DNA of 56,925 nt, filler included, from Hydrolagus affinis (GCA_012026655.1; 4 parts of 4 records of this genome joined end to end with filler, not necessarily neighbours in it), one strand, 5' to 3'; positions 25,280 through 38,723 are shown, counted from the first letter of the whole stretch. Notes: generated by a model not told the origin, from the sequence alone. Program-made: numbers and translations.

Positions 25280-26400
25280 GCGACATACTGTGTGGTGGTT
25301 TAGGGGCACCTTCCCGACCAGCCCCTAAATCTCTCCGAAACTTGGCCGGACTTGGCCTGCTCCAAGCCCCCCGCCCGAACCGCGCCACTATCGGAGGCTG
25401 GGCCTTCAGTTTCTCCGCTCCCACCCTATGGAATTCCATCCCCCAATCCCTCCGCCTTGTTTCTTCCCTTTCCTCTTTCAAGGCCGGTTTGAAGACTTTC
25501 CTCTTCGACCGTGCATTTTGTTCCCCCCCGAACTTTTCGACCTCCCCTACGTGTTTCACCTCTTCCCGAACACTCCCCTCCTAGCTCAGGTCACACGCCT
25601 CCTCTGCACGCGCCTTGGGACTTCCTCCCGACGTGAAAGGCGCACTTTAAGTTTAAATTGTTGTTATTGTTGTTGAAGCTTTGCACAACCTAGGCGTTAG
25701 GTTCGACTCCCAACTGTCCTTCATCCTCCACATCCGGTCCGTTACCAACACTGCCTTCTACAACCTTTGACGGATCGCCCGTCTCCGGCAATATCTCACC
25801 CCAAAAGCCGATACAACCTTGGTCCACGCCTTTGCAACATCTCAATGCCCTCCAATCCGATCTCCACTCTACCACAATCCACTAAATGCAGCTAATCCAG
25901 AACTCTGCCGCCCGAATAATCACCCGCTCTAAGATTCGTTGCCCCATTACCCCAGTCCTCGCCAGACTTCACTGGCTCCCTATCCAAGAGAGGATCGACT
26001 TCAAGATCCTTACACTTGTTTTCAAGTCATACCTGAAACTGCACCCCCCCTATCTCTCTTATCTCCAACACCCCCCCAACCCCCTCCCCCCCCCACTCAT
26101 ACCCCCCAAACCAGCACACAATGCCTTCGCTCCTCTGGGTCTGGCCTCCGCCATATCCCCTGAAACCTCCGCTCCACACTCGGCGGCAGTGCCTTCAGCC
26201 ACTGTGCCCGAAGCTCTGGAATTGTCTGCCTCAACCCCTTCGCCTCTTCCCATTTTCAGGTCATAGCTGAATAACTTTCTCTTCGATCGCGCCTTTGGTA
26301 ACCGTTCTGCCCCTGCTCCAGGTTCGGTCCCGGTATCCGCTCTTGTGAAGCTTTCTGAGACACCATCCGGCGTGGAGGGCGCTATCCAAATCAAAGTTCT
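25280..26400 (+). mobile_element. Two adjacent L2 3' fragments
   Basis: GGWAFSFSAPTLWNSIP (ends ~25675 in TTG tail) and QLIQNSAARIITR...LHWLPIQERIDFKIL (25886 onward). Confidence 0.8.
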
Positions 26401-26821
26401 TTTGGTTGGAAGCTGGAATCCAATTTTTCGTCAATTAGTTTACCCAGAGCAGATAATTCCCCCAAAATGAACATTAGTAATGTTCTATCAATCCCTGACA
26501 GTTTGCTTATGAGTACTCTGCACAATGAGCTGCCGTTTATCTCCCTTCAAATATAGAGTTAATTCACTTCACTTTAGATAGTGCGATTCGCTTTCACATG
26601 TCGTAAAGATGTGATTAGGCACTGTATCACACGAAAAGATTATTATCATCAACAATACTGTTTATTGGACGATCAAAATATAAGACTGTTAGGCTAGTGT
26701 TTTTACTGTATTAGGATCTGGCGTAAGACACTGGAACGTACAACACATTATTATTTCTATCATTGCAATATGTCACGTTTTACATCAAATATGAAGACAG
26801 AGCTGAACTATCATACGTTGA

Positions 26822-26835
26822 CCACTAGAGGGCGC
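26822..26835 (+). promoter_or_regulatory. CTCF consensus motif
   Basis: CCACTAGAGGGCGC, exact match, same orientation as the other three. Confidence 0.6.
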
Positions 26836-27663
26836 CAATGCGTCATCATGGGTTTCCACATGTGACCAAGATCCAAAATGAGGCTGACCACAATTGACAT
26901 GAACAAAGAGATTCACCAACAACAACTTGCATCTACATAGCGTCCTCCATGCCAAACGGTGCCTCAAGCGCTTAAATCGTAGCCGATTATATTCAGTAAT
27001 AGATACTCAATATGTGTGACCAACTAGCTGAAACCCCATGAATACATTCTGCCTGAATAAACACGCAAAATATTGGTTCCAGTAGAGGCTGGAAATCTGA
27101 AACAAAATCAGAAATGGCTGGGAACAATCAGCAGGTCAGGCAGCAACTATGGAGAACGAAAAATTGAGTCAACCTTTCGAGTCGCGCTCTCCTTCCACCT
27201 ACCCCGACCCCTCCGCTTGCCATTTTACCCCCTTTTCCCCAAATCCCCCTGCCATGACTGTTTGTTGGACACTACTGTGCGCTTCCTCAGCATTAAAACA
27301 TTCCAAATAATATCAAGACTACATACAACTATGGTCTAATGTCACTAAACTTGACATTATATTGTGTGGAATATGTGCTTCATCGTTAAAACAGAAAGTA
27401 ATACCAAATACCAAAAGTATTATTATTCTTAAACGTCGCCTGTCGCGAAACTGCATTAGATCAATTAAGATTCGCTCCCCCAACCCTTTCCCCAGAGGAT
27501 GATCTATGAGTTATTAACATCGCCAGCATACTGATCAGTTGATGTCCACGTCACAGGATTATGAAGTGAGGTCATCGCGATCAAGCGTCACGTGTCTCAG
27601 AGATGCATATATCAGATCAACACCAATACCGTACCACAAAACATCACGATTTTGGAGTGAGTG

Positions 27664-28738
27664 ATGGCAATATGGAGATTCAATGGGCATTTGCACATGG
27701 TTGCCATTTTAATAGGTAATATGGTGTAACAGTAGTCATTGAACAGTTTTCAAAACCGTTGATTTGTATATGTGTTTATATACTCCTCATCATGCTTATG
27801 CTAATAATAATGGTAATCCTTGCACTCGATGAAGCTCTTTTCACATCTTATCGATGTCTGAAAGCGCTTCACAGAATATACTTTCAAATGAATTGCCTGT
27901 ATATATGTGGGCGAAACACGGCAGCCAATTGCGCACAGCAGGTTCCTAGAAAAAGTCGTGGATTGAAATGACCGATTTTATTATTGTGTGTTTGTTGTGG
28001 GATTATTATTAGTCGTGTGGAGTAAGAAAATTTCCCAAAGGTGTCAAAACAGCACTAAAAATCGACGCATTGGGTGAAGCACGAGTTAGAGACACTAAAA
28101 TCACTTCACAGAATATTGGGTGAAGAGAAATGTAATTTGTGGAAGAAATGGGAAAGCCAGTAGCTCACAGAACTGTCGCACAATCAGTCATTGATTGAAT
28201 GACGAAATAATTTATGTATTTTCAAACGGATTTTTACCCTTGGTAAACACAATCTGCGAATCGACGAACAATTGGGTTCCACTTGACGCTAGGCAAACAA
28301 ACGCATCTTTATTAGAAAACTTGCCTGACGATATGCTCTGTCCAGTCCGGGAATCGAACCCAGGTCTTCTCGCTGGTGAAGCGAGCGATCCAGCGCTTGA
28401 TCTACAGGACTGCGTGTTTGTGTATTTGAGGCCTGGCCCAAGGGGACTCTGTGACACAGAAGGCGACTCCAGTGACCGAGAAAGAAGGAGCAAGTGTAAC
28501 CATGGAATGTCAGTATGACACATCTCTCAGCAGCTGTTTTTTGCAATGGTATCGACAACTGCTGGGAAGTCAACCGCAGTATATACTCATGAAGCATTCC
28601 AGTGGGAGAGCATACAGAGCAGATTTTATTGATAAACGATTCTCTGTGGAACTCCAGACCTCGACAAAACTCAACAGTTTAACGATCTCCCAGCTGGAGC
28701 TGTCTGACAGCGCTGTGTATTACTGTGCTCTTCGTCCA
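27664..28738 (+). CDS. V segment V11, open frame (leader 27664-27715, V exon 28431-28738)
   Basis: Leader MAIWRFNGHLHMVAILI/GTAAT; weak TTTGAG acceptor; TMEC, QWYRQ, DSAVYYCALRP. Confidence 0.82.
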
Positions 28739-28777
28739 CACAGTGTTGCGAACCAGTCTGAGATTCGTACAAAAACA
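28739..28777 (+). other. 23-RSS of V11
   Basis: CACAGTG, 23 bp, ACAAAAACA. Confidence 0.9.
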
Positions 28778-31639
28778 CTCTACACCACCGAACATAAACA
28801 TGCAAAGGGAGTTAATGGGTTTAATCACAGCACAGATGGCGTTGCTGACGGTTGACCTATTTGACGAATCCTACGTTTGTTGCTGTGTCTCTCAGAGGAA
28901 ATACGTGACTACATTTCCAACCACAGGCGAACAGGTGATAGAATACATAGGGAAAGAGTGGAAGAAAGATGAGCAATAAACATCCTTAATTTTGGTTATG
29001 GGCGCTTTATTATATCTCCCTGGCCTACTTCGTTTCTCGCCCCAAGAATCTCCTCTACGATGGATACATCTCTACTCCTCCGCCACCACCCCCCACCTCC
29101 GTACAACCCCACCTCTCCTCAGCTCGGGTCCGAAGCAATAACTAGGCAGCGTCTTGGGACGTTCTGCTGACGTGAAGGGCCCCGTACAACTGTAATTTTG
29201 TTGTGGATGTTGCTGGACGTCTCATCGTGTGTTAGTGAACATACTGTAAAGTGAGTTAACAGCGGGTTGGCATACAAACTGTCAATACACATCACAAATT
29301 ATCTTGTCCAGCACTTTTAGATGTCCCTCTTTTAGATATCACACATTATCATGTGCAGCTTTGTTGAGATGTCTCACTTTCTCAATGGCTTGCTCTTTTG
29401 GCAAAATAATTTCGAGCCAATGATCCCGATAGAAGTTTATTGTACACAACAACATATTGTGTTGAGTTTAATGTTTTGGGAGTGAAATAGAGTTTAAACG
29501 GGAACAAATACTGAAATCGCTAGGAACACTCAACAAGTCAAACTGCAGCTTTGTAGAAAGGTATGTGAGACAAGGTTGTAATAATATAAGATTAATCCTT
29601 TCATTTGATATAGCGCGTTTCACATCTTATCGACGTGTTGAATCGCTTCACATAGTACACACTGTAAAGCGAATTGATTGTATATTTGTGGAAGAAAGTT
29701 TTCGTAGAGAGGACGCCTAGTTTGATACCCGTCAAGGAGAAACTTTGGGCATGTTTCCATCTTCCAAATTACTCTGTTTAACAAGCAGTATATTGGCCGC
29801 CTGTTGGTAATCAATCGGCGTATTTATTTTCAGGGAGACGTAATAAATAGTGATAATAAAATTGGTTATTTCAAACCACGACTAATTGTGCGACACTACT
29901 GTGCAAAATTGGCTGCCGCGTATCGCCCATAAATACACCGTCAATTCACTTGACTGTATATTCTGTGAAGCGCTTTGAGATGTCGATTAGACGTGAAAAG
30001 CGTTATGTCAAATGCAAGAATTGTCATCCCTTACAAAAGCGTTAGTCAATACATCCAAGAGTACTTGTGGAACACAGCTTTAGTCTATTGGCTGCCGAAT
30101 GTCCAGACTAAATTTAGTTCATTACAAGTATATTATATTATATTATGGATCAAACAAAAGAAGTGATATGGCGCTCCAACAAATAGAAGCAGTAATGTTA
30201 CTATCATTATCATGCACTGCTGCTGTTATCAGAATAACGCAAGAACAAGAACAAAATTAAATTTATAGAGCGTATTTGACGTCGGAAGTACATTCGAATG
30301 CGGTGGTGGACCATTGGGAGGGAAATGGGAGAGTTGTGAGGGCAGGGAGAGATTGTGGAAGATGGGGAGAGAGTTGGGAGGAGAAGGAGAGATTTGTGCA
30401 GGGGGTAGAGAGTTGGCGTCGACGGAGATTGTTGGGAGTGGAAGGGTAGAGTGTTGAGAGAGGAGAGGTCGAGATTTGGCAGGAGAGGGGCAGATAGTTA
30501 GAAGAGGAGTGGGAGAGAGTAGGGAGGGCAGCAGAAGGCAAGATCGAAGAGGAGGTTCTTGAGAACGGCCGTAAATGGTCAAGCGAGAAAGGGTAGCGGA
30601 GGATCTCTGGGATGGGATTCAAGAGAGTGGTAGGAGAGAGACTGAAAACTTGTCCGCTGATGGTAAGTAGTGGTGAAGGGTTTGGAGCGGGAGGGAGTTA
30701 GAGTATGAGCTGGGGAGATGGGTGCATCTCTGGAAGGGGGGGGTGTATCGTGGATGTCCTGTGATGGGAGATATCGATGTATATACCTCGAAGTGTTGGA
30801 AAGACGTTACAAGGACTTGTTCAACAGGGAGCTGTCGAGAAGAACATTGATGATGTACGACTTTTCCCAGCTATTATTGGATACACAGGTTATTCTAAAT
30901 CAAATCATCCTCACAGAATCCTTCAACTGACACTTGCCTGAAACGAAGCTAGATGGCGCTATATAATAATACAACACACCTAACATTTATGTAGCAACAT
31001 TCACATCAATGTGAAGCTACTCCTTTGTACTGCAAATAACGTGGAATTCTATGGCTAAATAGTTACAACACAAGCCTCGAAAGCGAGCAGAGCTGGAATC
31101 AGTTCCTGGGTGGATCAAACCACGAGTCAGTTTCATTCCTACAGAAACCTCTGTTTAACTAGCACCAAGGAGGAATCAATTTAACAATGATAACAACAGT
31201 AATTCTTGCATTTTCTTTAACGCTTTTCACGACATCCAGTTATCACAAATCAATTCACAGTATAGACTGTCAAATGACTGTATACTTGTGAGCGAAACTC
31301 TACAACTGATTTCACAAAGCAGTGTCCACCAAACAGATGAGGATTGAAATGATCATTTATTTAAAATTGATTTTTATCAGATGTGTATAATAAGTTTTCC
31401 TTCGCTTGATTTTTCCCAGCCTGTATAGAACCCAGGTCTCTCATTTGTAAGGCTAATGCTCTTACCAATGAGCTACAGGCTCAACATTTGTTAGCCGATT
31501 GGCAGATCACAATCCGAGGGCGGTGGTAATAATACATTCAAAATTAGGTAAACTAAGGTGTAAAAGAAAGCCAATATGTACAGAAGCAAATTATTAATTA
31601 GGTCACAAATTCCACGACTGTTTGTGAGACACTTCTTTG

Positions 31640-31739
31640 NNNNNNNNNNNNNNNNNNNNNNNNNNNNNNNNNNNNNNNNNNNNTTAATTAATTAANNNNN
31701 NNNNNNNNNNNNNNNNNNNNNNNNNNNNNNNNNNNNNNN
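31640..31739. other. Scaffold gap with artificial linker
   Basis: Ns with TTAATTAATTAA at 31684-31695. Confidence 0.97.
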
Positions 31740-32431
31740 GGTATGTTAATTTTCACTGGTTTCTAAAATGGCCTTATCAATTACAAAGCTTGGTTTAAAT
31801 ATTTTTTTGGATTGAATGGATTTAATTCTGGTTTTGAGTGTGGGTTTATATACAATTGTGTTGTATGTCTATTAATTTTCCATTGAGATTTGATAACTAC
31901 TGTATATCACAACTCATTTTTTGCAAAACTGTTTTAGTTTATGAATGCTCAAAAATTAATCATGCATTTGCCAAGTGAAAAGGATTAATTGCTTTAATAT
32001 GTAAATTGCCAGTAATTTTTTTTGAAGATATCTGGTAAAATAGTTGATTGAACTTGGATCACTTCAATGGAATGGTATAGACTTTCATAAGGACTGGCAA
32101 TGGTATCATTACTCAAGCTCTCTATCATACATGTATTTGCTGCACAGAATCAGTGGTTGATGTTGCTCCATTGTCAATAAATTATTCATTAACTAATTGG
32201 TGAGTGGGTAACTAGAGCACATCAGGTTAAGATAGTTAGTGAACAAGTAAATGGAGAGGTTAGGAGAGTTTTTTATATAGTGTAGGATTCTGTAATTAAT
32301 GTTAATTAATATCTCAAATTATATTGGCGATTTGTAAACAATTGCACTTGATGGGACTTGGTTGTGACTAGTTTTGTAGAGGAGGCAAGGGATTGTGTAT
32401 AAACAGCGGGATGTTTTCAATTTATATCAGC

Positions 32432-32798
32432 TAGGGTCCGTCGATATGGAAATTTTCCGATATCGATATATTGGTGGTCTCATATCGATATCGCTGTTTT
32501 TTTTTATCCTGTGTATGCGTGCGCATTCGGAGATGTGTGCACATTCGGGGGTGCGCACGCATTCTGTGCTCTAGGCCCAGGAGGTTTGCAATGCCGGCGA
32601 CAGGATAAGTTGAAAAAGTTCGCATTATACTGATATAACCGATATATCGATATATCGCCATTTGCGATATACTGATTTTTTTTATACCGAATTTTTCGAT
32701 ACACCGATATATTCAAATTTCCAATATCGGCGTATCGATATGAAAAATTATACCGATATACCGATATAACCGATATATCGATATATCGCCGGACACTA
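32432..32798. mobile_element. hAT-type non-autonomous DNA transposon (MITE), 367 bp
   Basis: TIRs TAGGGTCCGTCGATAT / ATATCGCCGGACACTA (14/16 match); perfect 8-bp TSD ATATCAGC at 32424-32431 and 32799-32806; many subterminal CGATAT motifs. Confidence 0.88.
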
Positions 32799-33087
32799 AT
32801 ATCAGCGATTTTCTCATGGAGATATGGTCTGCAGCTGGAGAGGGAGCTGCGTTGCATTTGTTTTTGCACAGGAACCATCTTGAAAAGGACAATGGGTGAA
32901 GGGTCACCTGATGAGCTGCATAAAAAGAGATCGATTCAAGAAAGAAGGAGAGAAAGGAGAAAAAGGAGAAATCGGGAGAAGAAAGGAGAAATTAGAACTT
33001 GGAATCGCGAATCCATGTTTCAGCTTCGGAAGAAGAGAAGATCAAGACTATGAATGGAGCAACTATAGACGTACAATGGTACTGTCC

Positions 33088-33213
33088 TTGGATATCGAAC
33101 TGAGATTAGTGCAACAATACCTGGATACTTGGATATCAAGCTGGGAACGGCACAACAATACTTGGATACTTTTGGATGTCGAACTGAAAACTGTACAACA
33201 ATACTTGGATACC
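33088..33213 (+). repeat. Three imperfect tandem copies of ~41-43 bp
   Basis: CTTGGATATCGAACTG...CAACAATAC(C/T)TGGATA x3. Confidence 0.75.
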
Positions 33214-33928
33214 ATTTGATGGATTTATATTTGGACATTATCTCTCCCACAGCATTTGGTTTGGTCAACTTAAATCATTGTGAGCTATTTGTAAATGCGT
33301 AAGCATTGTTGGGATGAATACTTTTAATTTCTTATAACTATTACTAACCAGAATTAATAAACATGCATATTGATTGTACAACGTTTGTGTCAGTCCTTAT
33401 TTCACCGCAGGGTCACAAATTTAAATCAATCCTTACAACAGGATAGTTGGGGAATGGAATGGTTTGGTTGAGGCAGAATCCATATTAGTTATCGAATAGG
33501 AACTGGATAAATCCTTTAAGAGGAGTCAACAACAGAGGATACGGAAAAGGAAGGTAAATGTGTCTAAAAAGAATGCTCTTAAGGTAGCTGGAGGAGCCTT
33601 GATGCGTCGAATATCCTTCTGTGCTTTAAATTTCTATGATTCTTTTGTGTTTTGATTTTAACTTTCCTGCTTGCTTCCTCATCTGCACCAAACTCCCAAA
33701 GCCCAACACCCCAGTCCTTATCAGTCTTCACAGACTCCACTCTACAAGTAGATTCTCACTCCTCACTCACCTACAAATCTATTCACTCCTTATTTCTTCT
33801 ACCCCCACACAGCTATCTTGGGTTTTCTGAGCATCCCCATCGTTGGCTGAGCCAGTCCCTTTGTCCCTTATGTCTGGAACTACCTCTCTCTGCCATATAA
33901 GAACATGAGAATTTGCTGGGCCATCTAC

Positions 33929-35870
33929 AACAACAACAACAAAATTACACTTGTATAGCGCCTTTCACGTCGGGAGGATGTCGCAAGGCGCTGAACAGTT
34001 AGTTCGTGACCCTAGTAGGGGGGTTGGGGTTGGGGTAGGGGGAAGGGGAAAGAGAGTAGGGGAAGGGGAAGAGTTAGGAGGGGAGCCGAAGGTGTGGTCA
34101 AAGAGGAAGGTCTTGAGACCGGCTTTAAAGGAGGAAAGGGAGGAAGCAAGATGGAGGGACTGCTGGATGGAGTTCCATATTGTGGGAGCAGAGAGGCAGA
34201 AAGCCCGGCCACCAAGGGTTGGGCGGTTTGAGCGGCGGAAGCGGAGCAGGCCAGAGTCTGCTGAATGGAAGGGATGGGCAGGCTGACAGGAAGACAGCAG
34301 GTCGGAAAGATAGGTGGGGGCAAGGCCGTGAATGGCCTTGAAAGAGAGGACGAGGATATTTAATTCGATCCTCTGGGGGATGGGGAGCCAATGTAGACGG
34401 GCGAGGGTGGGAGTGATGTGGTCGCGGAGCCTGGTACAGGAGAGTACACGAGCTGCAGAATTCTGAATGATCTGCAACTTGTGAAGGGAGGAGCTAGGAA
34501 GGCCAACGAGGAGAGAGTTCCCGTAGTCGAGTCTGGAGGTGATAAAGTCGTGAATGAGAGTTTCGGCGGTATGAGGGGTGAGGTAGTGGCAGAGTCTGGC
34601 AATATTGCGGAGGTGGTGGAAGGCTGTGCCGGTCATGGAGCAGATATAAGGGAGGAAGGACAGTTCGGGGTCAAACAAGATGCCCAGATTCCTGACTGGC
34701 TTTGAGAGGTGGAGAGAGCAGCCTTGAATGCTGATGTTGTCAGCGCCTGAGGTGCGGATGCACTGACATGAGCCAATCAGGAGGGCTTCTGTCTTGTTGA
34801 CATTGAGCTGGAGGAAATTGGCCCTCGTCCAGGACTCAATGTCGGACAGATATACAGTCAGAACGCCAGTAGTCCTGGAGTCGAGGATGGATGCGGAGAG
34901 GTAGAGTTGGGTATCATCCGCATACAGTTTACCCCATGTCTGCGGATGATGTCACCCAGGGGGCTTGTGTATAAGGTGAAGAGCAGGGGACCAAGGACAG
35001 AACCCTGAGGAATGCCGCATGTGACTGTGCGAGGGCTGGAGGAAAAACCGTTCGAGGGGACGAAGTGAAGGCGGTGGGAGAGATATGACCGGAACCAGTC
35101 AAGGACACAGCCTTGAAGGTTGAGGACGGAGGAGAGGTGGTGGAGGAAGATTGAGTGATCATGGTATCAAAGGTGGTAGATACATCGAGGAGGACGAGGA
35201 GGCAGAGGGAGCCCTGGTCACAGATGGCCAGGATACTGTTTGTGACCTTGACTAGAGCAGTTTCCATGCTGTGGGAAGCGCGGAAACCCGATTGGAGGGG
35301 TTCGAGGAGTAAATGATTTGTGAGGAAAGAGCGGAGCTGGGAGGCAACCACTTTTTAGAAGACCTTGGAAAGGAAGCGGGGGTTGGAGATAGGCCAGTAG
35401 CTTGGTAGCTGTGATGCATCGAGGAAAGGCTTTTTTAGGATTGAGGTGATGGTGGCGGTTTTGGAGGGAGTGGGAACGGTCCCAGATGAGATGGACAGGT
35501 TGATAGTGTCGGTGATTAGAGGGACTAGAAGGTGGAGCTGGGTGGTGAGGAGAGGGGTGGGGGTGGTATCTAGGGAGTAGGTGGTGGGCTTCATGGAGGA
35601 GATGGTCTTAATGACGGAGGATGGTGAGATGGGGTCGAAGGTGTGGAAAGAGGGGTGTGTAGGAGGCAGGCTGTGTGGGGGAGATGAGAAGGGGGTGGAA
35701 ATTGGGGAGACAGTGACCGCAGAGTGGATTCCCTCGATTTGGGTCTTGAGGAAATCCAACATCTCTTCGCAGTGGGAGTTCGAGGAGAGGATCTGCGAGG
35801 CGAGGCGGTGGGGACGGAGGAGCTGGTTGGTGGTAGAGAAGGGAAGCTGGGGCTATCGTTGTAGCATATC
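33929..35870 (-). mobile_element. L2-type LINE, degenerate RT region and 3' tail
   Basis: [58 protein letters not shown]; (TTG)n tail at ~33930. Confidence 0.9.
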
Positions 35871-37114
35871 ACAAATTCAAGGCTCTACACAGCTGGAGCT
35901 GGGGGTGGGGGGGCAAATTTCTAAGGAATTCTGGAAACTGATCACGTTTCTGTGGGTAATAATCCCTTCAACAAAGTAATAATAACAATTTGGTCACTCA
36001 ATTCACGACTTGTTTGGGGTGTGGGCAGATGTCTCAAGGTGTCATAACCTGACTATGCAGCACCCTCAGGGGCTTGAGCGCTCAGTGTGTTACACTTTCC
36101 ATTTATCAACAAAGTGATAATTACTACGCACACAACAGGTCGCAATTTTCACAAGTTGATGTTATATCACAAGCAGGAAACCAAGATTGCAACAGAACTG
36201 CACAAAACCCTCTGATCTGATAAGTCAGCCAGAGTGCGACTCACAACCTCCGGTCACAAGCTCCGGTCTCTAGCTTTCTACATGGCCAGGACATGCTTTC
36301 AGCTGACTTTTGTCCAAGAGTCCCCACGCACAAGAAACCAAGTTTCCACGGGTTAGACAAGAGCTAACAATAAATGCTGACATTTCACAGCACAAAAGCT
36401 ACCAGCGCCCACATCAATGATTTAAAATAGAGTGGTTAATGCACGGACACAAACCAATCAGCCCATCTTGGTTTGTTTGTTGGGTTTCGGTACGGAGTGC
36501 GTGTTTAACAGGCTGGTCTTTCTAATAATAATAAGTCTGAGACATCGATAAGATGTGAAAAGCGCTATTTTAAATGCAAGGATTATTATTATTATTATTA
36601 GTGTTATAATAAAAAATAATAATCCTTGCATTTGACATACCGCCTGATCACATTTTTGAGATGTCTAAAAGCGCTTCATAGGGTACACTCAAAAGTGAAT
36701 TGACAGTATATTTTGTGAGCTTAACACAGTAGCCAATTGCTCACAGCAATCAGAGATTTTTGGAGGGACTACTGTCCGCAGAAAAGTGATCCACCAATCG
36801 ATTAACAACCAGGTTCCTACTTACTACTAGGTAAACAGAGCTATGTATGTGTGGAGTAGAGAAACTTGCCTAAGGTTTCACCTGCCCCGGAATGAAACCC
36901 AGTTCCTCTCACTTGTGCATGAGCATACAAATCACTACATAGTGTAGATTTTAAGATATTTTTATGTTGCCAGGATGTTTTCTGGTTTGGTATATTTCTT
37001 CCAAAAAGTGGAAAATAAAATCTAACAAATATCACTGAAGTATTTGATACAGAGCCTTGTGACATGAGCAAACATCAGAAATCGCTTCTTGTAAGTGCCA
37101 ATAATTAACTGCAT

Positions 37115-37131
37115 TGTGGTTTACAGGAAAT
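37115..37131 (+). promoter_or_regulatory. Adjacent Runx and Ets motifs upstream of the VJ-C1 gene
   Basis: TGTGGTTT 37115-37122 followed by CAGGAAAT 37124-37131. Confidence 0.35.
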
Positions 37132-37653
37132 AAGCAGGTTTGGCTGTGGGTTCCTCACATCAGTTCCGTGCTCACTTTCATTTTGCAGGACACATCACCA
37201 GTGATCTCCGACAGGTAGACTTATCTTCAGGTGACACAAAAACAGAAGTCACTGGGAACACTCAACAGGTCAGGCAGAATCTATGGAGTGATTCAAGTGA
37301 TACAACGTTTCAGGTCCACGACCCTTCGTCAGAACTAGGGCAAGTCGGGAGGGAGAGGGTTTTAAGGATTAGCAGAGAGTGGGGAGGCAGGGCAAGCAAG
37401 ACAAAAGAGAAAACGGGATCCTTGCTGAAGAAATTCAAGACTCACAATATGCAGGAACCTTCTTCTTAACTGCAAGTACAACAACTTGGATTGATATAGT
37501 GCCCATCATGTGGGTGGTATCTGGGAGCGTGTCGGAACTTTCAAAGAGTGATCCTTGAGTCCCACGGACCTTCCTCCTCTACTGCCCATAATCTTAACAA
37601 AACATTGGAGAATATCCATTCTCGATCTCTAAAGTGAATTGGCTTGTGAGGCT

Positions 37654-37723
37654 ATGTGTGTACGGGAGCTTAAACTGAAGAGTCTGATTATTAATGGACC
37701 TGTTGTAATAATTTCTCCGACAG
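37654..37723 (+). CDS. Candidate first (leader) exon of the VJ-C1 gene
   Basis: ATG..MCVRELKLKSLIINGPVVIISPT, phase-1 GTAGAC donor compatible with the VJ exon; hydrophobic core weak. Confidence 0.35.
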
Positions 37724-38723
37724 GTAGACGTATCTTCGAGTGAAATGGCCATGTTAATCTGCTTCTACTTGGTGCTGTCACACACAGGTATGGAGCTTGT
37801 GAGCAATAACGTGAAGCACTCTGAACCTCTAACTCGCGTGTTTGGGTGCTAGATAAATGCAAGATGTTATTGTTGTTGAACATGGCTGTGAAAAACTGAG
37901 ATGGAAAAGCACATTGGAGTATGTAAAGTTAAAAGTGACAATGGGTCAGTGACTGGATGTAGTTGTGGAATATAGTGGTTAGATTACTTGCCTTGCAAGC
38001 GAGAGGACCTGGGTTTGATTACTGACTTGGGTGAAACGTTGGGCAAGTTTTTTTTTAACTTTACACGCCTCTGTTTGCCTAGCATTAATTGTTGTTAATC
38101 AATTGGTGGATTGCTTTCCGTGAGTAATAATCTCTTCAAAAATATACTATAATAATTTGGTTACTTGATTCACAAATTTGTGGGCGCAATTGGCTGCTGT
38201 ATTTCATCCTCGAATCATAATTCACTTTACAGTATATTCCATGAAGCTTTTTGAGACGTCTTAAAGATGTGTTAAGGCGCTATGTCAAATGCAAAGATTA
38301 TTATTAACAAAAGGGTTGATAGGATATGCAATGACCTGCTGGTTATACTGGGTCAGCCAAGATTTATTAACTTTCCAGAGGAAATGTGATAGATATCTAG
38401 AGAGGAATAAGCGGGTTAGGGTATTAGATTCCTAACATTCCTTCCTTCCTTAACATTCCTGCCTTCCCTAACCTGCCTTCTTCTGTGCTGTAAATGTCTA
38501 TTCAGTGCAGGATGTCGAGTGGGATGAAATGTGGTCCATGATAATTTTTGCAGTATAAAATGCGCTAACACACTTTTTGTTTCTACCTCTGACAGGCTGA
38601 GTTCAATTTGTTTGGTTTGAATTCTTGGCTTGTGAGGCTGCGTGTGTACAGGAGCTTAAACTGAAGAGTGTGATTATTAATGGACCTGTTGTAATAATTC
38701 CTTTCTGAATCACTTCCCTCCAG

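Noticed and set aside
30946-30959. AAGCTAGATGGCGC as a fifth CTCF site
   Set aside because: 5' CCA is fully mismatched and the shared flanking element is absent
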